Under the pieces are notes generated by a model that did not search any database, was not told where the DNA came from, and saw only the letters and a list, made by a program, of their open reading frames with translations. This document shows, one piece after another, positions 58,301 to 64,000 of a DNA stretch of 64,000 bases. The stretch's first letter is position 1; each line of letters starts with the position of its first letter. Origin of the DNA: an uncultured virus (IMG/VR IMGVR_UViG_3300020438_000023) (taxonomy: Duplodnaviria > Heunggongvirae > Uroviricota > Caudoviricetes > Kyanoviridae); IMG/VR virus record IMGVR_UViG_3300020438_000023, positions 1 through 64,000 of that record; one strand, given 5' to 3'. Both the position numbers and the translations under genes were made by a program.

Positions 58301-61300
58301 ATAATCCGTGCGCTGTAGATGTTGTAACCGTTGTTAAACCTGTTATGGAAGTATAACCAACGTTAGAAATATCTCTAGGAGCGTAGAAGACCTCAGAATT
58401 TGTAACAGCCACTCCAGTAACTCTTCCTCTAGTAACAAGAGCAGTTCCTATCGCAACTTTACTAGATGCCTCTACTGTTTCTTCACGAATGTAGACATTA
58501 ATATTAGTTTGAATACCAGTTCGATATCCACCACCAACGTTAGAGACGTTAATAGCACTAATGGTTCCCGCAGAAGACACTGTAGCAGTTCCAGCAGCAG
58601 ATACTAGTGATTGATACCCAAATCCCTTTGTAGACCCAACAGAGACGATCCTACCGCCAACAGGAAGACCTTTAATAATGATATCATCTTCTCTATCATA
58701 AGATGTTTCATCAAAGATGATATTTGTTACTCCACTGTCTTCTTCTAAAGTGTAGTTTCCCTCAATATCAACATTGAGTTGATCTACCTTAGGTGATTGG
58801 AATAAATCATTCACTGTAATAATAGCATTACTTGCCGATAATCCATCAACACTTTGACCACCAACTTTTAATTCAAAAGAACTCTTAATTCCTGTGAATT
58901 GATCTTCAATACCGTCAAAGATATAGTTTTTGTAGTATGGATCATTTGTAGAATCAACTTGACCATTTCTCATGAACGATCTTCCACTAAATCTAGAGAA
59001 AGTAGTGATTCCACTATAATCTCTTTGATCTGGAGGATTATCTGGAGATCCTATCGGAGTTTTTCCATATGGAGCCTCAGCAAAACTAAGTGTATTATCG
59101 ATAATATTGTAATTACCAATAACCTTAGTAATTTTTGCAAATTGTACGTGATCTGCAAGTAGTGTACCTAAAACTGGCCTCTGAACATATACATCATTAT
59201 CAGAACCGCCATATCCAACAATGGATACTCTTACGATTTCATCGTCAATCTGAAGAAAATCTCCACTAAAGAATCTTTCTGGTTGCTCAGTTAAAGTAAG
59301 AACATCTTGAACAGTTGTAAAAGTATTACCAGCACCCGTTGTAGTAGCAGTAGATACAATAGGAGATTGGATCATATTATCAATAGTGATCAGAGTCTTA
59401 GGATTCTGATTCTTTGCGGTTATATAATGATCGGATCCAACTCCAAGAGTTGTAATATTAAAAGGTGTTGGAATTAAAGACAATGCCTCTGTAGCACTGG
59501 CTGCAACTCTTACAAGTAGTTCATCCTCTTTGATGATAAACAATTTAGATGGTAATATATCAGTAACTCCAATTCCAGGAACATCTGTAGAAGCAATTCC
59601 AATTGGTTCATTAAGAACATCATAAGAATATACAACTTCCTCTCCTGTTACAAAGAAGTGTTGAGGCAACTCAATAGTATTTTCAACGACACTAGTAATA
59701 CCAATATTAGATCCATCAAATTTCTTTTTGAAAATTGGATTTCCCTCATGGAATAGATTGAAATCTCTTATAACCGCATTCTGCGTTCCTTGATAGTCCG
59801 AATTTCCAGTCAGAATATCTGCATTGATCATATCAATATGATTATTACTTACTCTTTCATCTCTAATTCCAAGATGCTGAGCATAAACTCTAACTTCACA
59901 ATCAATCGCATTATTTGCTGTAAAGTAAATTGATGTAACTGTTCCTGCAACACCTGCAGTAACTACACCAACTTCACCATCAGTAAATATTTGACCATAT
60001 TCTGAATAATGTGCAGTTGTTGATGATGAAACAGTTACTAATTCGGAAAGTTGATACTTATTATTTGTAGTATCATCAATACTAATGATATAATAACCGC
60101 TACTGAAATCATCAATGCCTAAAATTCCATTGAAGTGTGAAGAAATTAAATTACCACCTGTACTATCTACGGCGTCAATTGATGTGTAATTAGATTCTAC
60201 AATAGCAGTAGTAAGTTTAGTGCTTCCCTCAGTGGTAAATCCAGAAGGTTCAGATGCAAGAGATATTCTTAAAGCATTGACCTCGGCAGCTATTGCAGGG
60301 TTATCTGGAATCAAATCAACCTTTACATTAGATCCATCAATGTAAGCATGATATGTTCCGATACCATCAGCGGAGTACTCATTTAAAGTATCTGTAGTTA
60401 ACTGACCGTAATCTTGGAATGTTACTTCTGATCCATCATGAACTAGACTGATTTCGTCTAATTCATACACATTACCACTACCTTCTTCAATTTGAACAAG
60501 CAATTTAGAAGATCTATAATCTGTTGGAATAGTCGCAATCGTGGTAGTAGCACCAGAAGAAACAATACTATGTTCTAATTCAATATCAACAACATTACCA
60601 AACGTAGTAGTTCCGATTCCTGAAGTAAAATCAGAAATACTGTGAGTAATGAAACTTAAATCATAGTCATTAATTTCAAATCTTTCTGGGTAGAATCTCA
60701 ACTGTGCTTCATCTTCAAATATAGCAAAATCAAAACTTCCTAATTCATAAACAGTTTCTACACGTCCATATTGATTGATAAAGAACTCAGTATCGTTATG
60801 AATTGCTGTTACAACATATAATTGTCTTTGATCTGTGAATCTGCTGTCTCTAGCAAATATTAAATATTTTCTAGCTCTAGATTCGGTTAATTTGAAAGTA
60901 TCGATTACACTAAATTGATCACCCCGTGGATCACTATTAAAATCATCACTAATATCATCAATAACAAGAACTCTGTTACCAATAGACTTATTAAAGTCTT
61001 GTAGTTCTCTACTGTTGAATACCATACCCGTAGAGAATCTCTTACTACCAATTAATAATGTTTCATCAACAGTGATATCAAAGTCGAATACACAATTTGT
61101 ATTCACTACTCTTGAGAAGTCTGCAATAGAAACAAAGTCTCCTCCATTTTGAGATGTGGAAATTCCACTATAGGCAAGATCCTGAGACTCTAACTGATAA
61201 TTACTAAATCTCTTCCATCCAACAAGATGATTAAGTCTTTCGACTTCTTCTTCCCAAATATTTTCAGTTACTGTACTTTCAATAGCATAAGAGAATCTCT

Positions 61301-64000
61301 GATAATAGAAACTATCTTGAATCTTGTACTCATTAGAACTTAAGAAACTATGGTTGTCCTCATATCCTTGTACAACAACAGCAGATGGTTCAATCTTGTA
61401 GTATAAGTCTGTGAGAGTAATATCATCAATTTTAGCAACTGTTCCACTTTTACTTCCAACTACCTCTTCATTAAGTTCAAAATACTGTTCTCCAAATATT
61501 TTCAAGATTTCAGAATCTTCATTATACTTTTGAACTTCTGCCTGGGCTCCAGTAGTTTTTCCTGTAATTATTTCTCCAGGAATATATGGAATTTTCTTTA
61601 CTGTTATTGCAAATGTTGGAAAATAAATTTCAGGAACAACAATTCCTGTAGCACTAATATCATCGTATTCCCCAAGAATTTCTGCAGATCCTACAGATTT
61701 AGACATATCAAGTTTAATATTAGCATTAGATCCGCCAAAATTTGGATCAATTTCTGTGATTTGAAATAAGTCATAATCAAAGTCAGCACTATTGAAAGTT
61801 CTATTAGAACTTCCCAAAGTCTTTGATGCACAACCTTCGACTAATACATTATTACCAACAGTAAATGGAAATGTAGTTCCTGTACTAAATTGAGTCTTAA
61901 ATGTTAAAGTTGCAATTTTAGTAGTGGTATTAAGGATAATATTTTTTATACTATAACCATTAGAATTATTAATAGGGATTATGATTGGTTTATCATTAGA
62001 TAAATCATTTGTATTTTTAATAATATCTACATTTCCATTAAGATCATAGTCTAACAGTAATTCATCTATAACTTTTTTAGTTACGCTATCTCTTACGATA
62101 AGATCTGGAGCTACATTGTAGTTTAATCCAGTAGTTATTGTCTCTATCCCATCAAAAGAAAGTTTTTGATCGAGAATTAATATATCTGGAAGTTTTGCTG
62201 TTGGACTCAACGTGGGATCTGTTGGATAGTCCCAACCAACATTTTCAGTTTTGAATGTTTTTTCAGCACCAATTGATTCACTTAATATTCTAATTTTTGA
62301 TCCTTCTCCACCACCTTCACTAACTATTGTCGTTACTCCAACAATTGTATCGTAATTATTTCCTGCATTTGTTACTAAGATATCAAATATTGGTCCAGTT
62401 GTATTAGTAGAGTTTGTAACATATTCTAAACTACTATTTTCTGCTGTAAAAGAAACAATGCCAATAGCACTTTGTGGAGTATCAAACACGAAAGAAGATG
62501 TTGCTGCAGAAACAACTACATGATTCGCATTAATATTACTATTAAGGAAAGAAATTTTTGTAGAATCAACAACGTTGTAATCATCGATAATTAAATCTTT
62601 CTTAGATTGAGTCATCCCAAGATCATTTTTGGGAATCAATTTATAAAATAATTGCTCTGGGGTAAGTTCATTAACCAATATTTCTACATATGCATCAGAA
62701 TCTAATCCTAGTCTTCCCGACGAAGTAACAACAAAGTTACCGTCTCTATCAGTTAAGTACTCTCTTTGATATGTACTATCAAAGAATACTTTGAAATCAA
62801 ATGCTGATTTTAAAGTAGTTCCATCAATATAAGCTAGTGAAGAATCTCCAACATTAAATCTTAAAATTTCATTTTTAATGGATCTGATTTCTGGATTTAC
62901 TAACCTCAGTCTAAAGGTTCCAGTAGTTGTTAAATTAACATTTTTAGTTTCTTCACCTACAGAATCTTGATAAGATGATGATAATGAGAAAATATTTCTA
63001 CTAATGTAGTTAGTATAATAAATCCTATTATTGTCTAATCCACCAACAGTAGAAGAAACTACAATTACTTTATCACCATCACGATAACCATGATTATCTG
63101 ATTGTATTTGATTATTTTCTGTATCTATATTGATCAGGGTTTTTTGATCAATCAATATTCTATTTGTTACATCATTATAAAATACATCATAATCTTTTCT
63201 TCCTCCTGGAAGAATTATTGATCTAAAACGATCACCAACAAGCAATCCATGAGTTTCTCCAGTAGAAACTGTACATCTAGTTCTCGAAACTTCAACAGAA
63301 GCATGAGATCTTTGAGTTTTAAAACTATGATGTTTACCTGTACCAACACCAACAAAATAGAAAGGTTCTGCGTTTATATTAGTTCCAACACCAACAAATG
63401 AGATTGGTTGTCCAGAATTCCTAAAAGATTCAGTTCCAACACCAAGCTTAACTGTTGATATTCCTATTCTATTTCTATTAAACGCGAAAGCAAAGAGTTC
63501 AGTATTATCTGCTAAAGTAGTGGATCCAACACCATTAGTTGATATTGAAAGATTATCTCCAGTATTTGAATAATATACAATTTTCTCCCCTGTTTTAAGT
63601 CCATGGCTGGGAATAAGAATAGATCTTGTGGGGATGGATATAATAGATTTTCCTGTTCCAGGATTACTAATGGTTACAGATGTTGTTATTCCAAAACCAG
63701 CAGTTGTTCCTATTCCAACAGACTCTGATGGATCAAAATATAATTCTCTATCTTGTTTAGATATTCCACCATTTTCAGTATTAAGAACAATCTCAAATCT
63801 TGTAGGTACATGAGTTATCGATGTTTCTAAAGAGTGTGCTACTCCAACTGTACCATCATGTTCTCTTAAAACTCTTAACCTTGATCTACTAAGATCAACA
63901 TTAAGAACTTTCATTCTTTCATCTTCAATTTGAATAATATCGTTTTCGCGTACTTTTGATAAAGATTCTGTTTTTACTGGTATGAAAGTTGTGGGACCAG
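55320..64000 (-). CDS. gp7: giant baseplate wedge protein (gp7-like), 5' end beyond the window
   Basis: The frame stays open from 63914 to the window edge (GPTTFIPVKTESLSKVRENDIIQIEDER-M). It has the IQDSFYYQRFSYAI...V.RLNH..G...F motif and lies immediately upstream of gp8. Confidence 0.75.
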   Translation of the reverse strand, partial: GPTTFIPVKTESLSKVRENDIIQIEDERMKVLNVDLSRSRLRVLREHDGTVGVAHSLETSITHVPTRFEIVLNTENGGISKQDRELYFDPSESVGIGTTAGFGITTSVTISNPGTGKSIISIPTRSILIPSHGLKTGEKIVYYSNTGDNLSISTNGVGSTTLADNTELFAFAFNRNRIGISTVKLGVGTESFRNSGQPISFVGVGTNINAEPFYFVGVGTGKHHSFKTQRSHASVEVSRTRCTVSTGETHGLLVGDRFRSIILPGGRKDYDVFYNDVTNRILIDQKTLINIDTENNQIQSDNHGYRDGDKVIVVSSTVGGLDNNRIYYTNYISRNIFSLSSSYQDSVGEETKNVNLTTTGTFRLRLVNPEIRSIKNEILRFNVGDSSLAYIDGTTLKSAFDFKVFFDSTYQREYLTDRDGNFVVTSSGRLGLDSDAYVEILVNELTPEQLFYKLIPKNDLGMTQSKKDLIIDDYNVVDSTKISFLNSNINANHVVVSAATSSFVFDTPQSAIGIVSFTAENSSLEYVTNSTNTTGPIFDILVTNAGNNYDTIVGVTTIVSEGGGEGSKIRILSESIGAEKTFKTENVGWDYPTDPTLSPTAKLPDILILDQKLSFDGIETITTGLNYNVAPDLIVRDSVTKKVIDELLLDYDLNGNVDIIKNTNDLSNDKPIIIPINNSNGYSIKNIILNTTTKIATLTFKTQFSTGTTFPFTVGNNVLVEGCASKTLGSSNRTFNSADFDYDLFQITEIDPNFGGSNANIKLDMSKSVGSAEILGEYDDISATGIVVPEIYFPTFAITVKKIPYIPGEIITGKTTGAQAEVQKYNEDSEILKIFGEQYFELNEEVVGSKSGTVAKIDDITLTDLYYKIEPSAVVVQGYEDNHSFLSSNEYKIQDSFYYQRFSYAIESTVTENIWEEEVERLNHLVGWKRFSNYQLESQDLAYSGISTSQNGGDFVSIADFSRVVNTNCVFDFDITVDETLLIGSKRFSTGMVFNSRELQDFNKSIGNRVLVIDDISDDFNSDPRGDQFSVIDTFKLTESRARKYLIFARDSRFTDQRQLYVVTAIHNDTEFFINQYGRVETVYELGSFDFAIFEDEAQLRFYPERFEINDYDLSFITHSISDFTSGIGTTTFGNVVDIELEHSIVSSGATTTIATIPTDYRSSKLLVQIEEGSGNVYELDEISLVHDGSEVTFQDYGQLTTDTLNEYSADGIGTYHAYIDGSNVKVDLIPDNPAIAAEVNALRISLASEPSGFTTEGSTKLTTAIVESNYTSIDAVDSTGGNLISSHFNGILGIDDFSSGYYIISIDDTTNNKYQLSELVTVSSSTTAHYSEYGQIFTDGEVGVVTAGVAGTVTSIYFTANNAIDCEVRVYAQHLGIRDERVSNNHIDMINADILTGNSDYQGTQNAVIRDFNLFHEGNPIFKKKFDGSNIGITSVVENTIELPQHFFVTGEEVVYSYDVLNEPIGIASTDVPGIGVTDILPSKLFIIKEDELLVRVAASATEALSLIPTPFNITTLGVGSDHYITAKNQNPKTLITIDNMIQSPIVSTATTTGAGNTFTTVQDVLTLTEQPERFFSGDFLQIDDEIVRVSIVGYGGSDNDVYVQRPVLGTLLADHVQFAKITKVIGNYNIIDNTLSFAEAPYGKTPIGSPDNPPDQRDYSGITTFSRFSGRSFMRNGQVDSTNDPYYKNYIFDGIEDQFTGIKSSFELKVGGQSVDGLSASNAIITVNDLFQSPKVDQLNVDIEGNYTLEEDSGVTNIIFDETSYDREDDIIIKGLPVGGRIVSVGSTKGFGYQSLVSAAGTATVSSAGTISAINVSNVGGGYRTGIQTNINVYIREETVEASSKVAIGTALVTRGRVTGVAVTNSEVFYAPRDISNVGYTSITGLTTVTTSTAHGLSKGNDIVLSGIAMTCDYALPLTVTNAQYDNITGIMTVTTSVGHGYSTFGKLSEVILTGLAFTCAYDGGAGILTHPRTTDPAYNGTGVISVNSATEFAVNVGVSTTVNFYTSGGTAQGIIIAPRLNNNSDSQSDPASQFVSVRRVNSDTEFEVNTGISTLGHFYARGGKVAKYLTVDFDDPLPYDNLATTYSTTSIGDTGGRFAKISVVVGEGSSVTDFDIKNVGYGYEINNVLTVSVGGTDGIPYMYHGRFADAGNLLTFNRQFLVKEAVGYATATYPSLLSNPDYDQTKCERDTGFIVDALANDLFFGGNFNSVAAGNKYWNGPLNYVTGETIETIATYDYLAGISTFVINNQILPTSYQGIAVSVTQFTDASIDYENGSSYTLDSCSDVATSISNLVGIVTTIIGDGAAYAPPVISPSAKPTLALPTTLDFDEFNFYITKTQTDQFTGWTIGDLQVVDDISPQFNGDATRFAIKFDGVRTSIKAAKGSLIDVQATLLVFINDILQVPGEAYLFPGGSTLRFSEAPKLGDVCKIIFYRGTGDVDVEFVDILETVSPGDILTIGSEDISLKQKDRSVKSVTSTDSVDTYLYGGVGISNDPFVERPVNWCRATTDLIIDGEEVSKARDIYEAAILPLTNIIYDVGTASTQIWIEGARTFFDNARENSELNWTTTVDIIDQDETEESIATASVTSGIVTQISLTNAGSGYFNIPTISIGAPKDDSGTQAEANIIIASGKVATINISVGGTGYDDNNPPPVLISPPTPKSETIFRVDFAGDFGEVIGVGTTTIGAGSSQGLIFEFAIPENSPLKDETIVGTGNTIDYSGIGTGDFFTIRDSTVGNATTVGYGVTSIEIDGVDLVEGNQFIDSVFQVHDIVPGTPIVIFSDDFVASLTRLGSYSVGLGVSTTVADGATLIIENNTQVVTVVEDYSQLGLSSFLSRQTFANFSWGRLDSISRPFPEAYDIKRDNGIIGIETSPILRRKNPLKASNYLS

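Noticed and set aside
963..63813. Numerous plus-strand ORFs of 60-166 aa in the track (e.g. 11779..12156, 35307..35789, 38245..38745, 49091..49537)
   Set aside because: All lie antisense to well-supported minus-strand genes, have no recognisable motifs, and are explained by codon bias of the real genes.
1..64000. tRNA/rRNA genes, introns, inteins, integrase or IS elements, photosynthesis genes (psbA, hli, cpeT, pebS)
   Set aside because: None were recognised. Intergenic gaps are nearly all too short for structured RNA genes, and gp17, gp20, gp23, uvsW and gp46 are of normal uninterrupted length.

Overview
This is a 64 kb segment of a T4-like marine cyanophage (Kyanoviridae-type myovirus). 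Every credible gene is on the minus strand. In transcription order (right to left) it carries: a very large baseplate wedge gene (gp7-like, truncated by the window edge), gp8, a VrlC/DUF4815-type structural gene split into two ORFs around a free-standing chaperone ORF, neck and tail genes gp13-gp16, a ~20 kb variable fibre/adhesin island between gp16 and gp17 (including a subtilisin protease), gp17-gp23, gp3, uvsY, uvsW, gp55, gp47, gp46, two inserted accessory enzymes (2OG-Fe(II) oxygenase, sulfotransferase) and a truncated HExxH/VWA protein. Many T4-type late promoter motifs ((A/C/T)TAAATA) and two intrinsic terminators are visible. Three observations stand out. (1) Five copies of a helical module in a tail-fibre protein and the baseplate wedge resemble a phycobiliprotein (bilin-binding globin fold), with cysteines at positions matching both beta-subunit chromophore sites. 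(2) A ~745-aa protamine-like Arg/Lys region lies at the end of an otherwise acidic virion protein. (3) An S74 intramolecular chaperone appears split across two genes. All assignments come from reading motifs and synteny by eye; no database searches were run, and reference motifs are quoted from memory.
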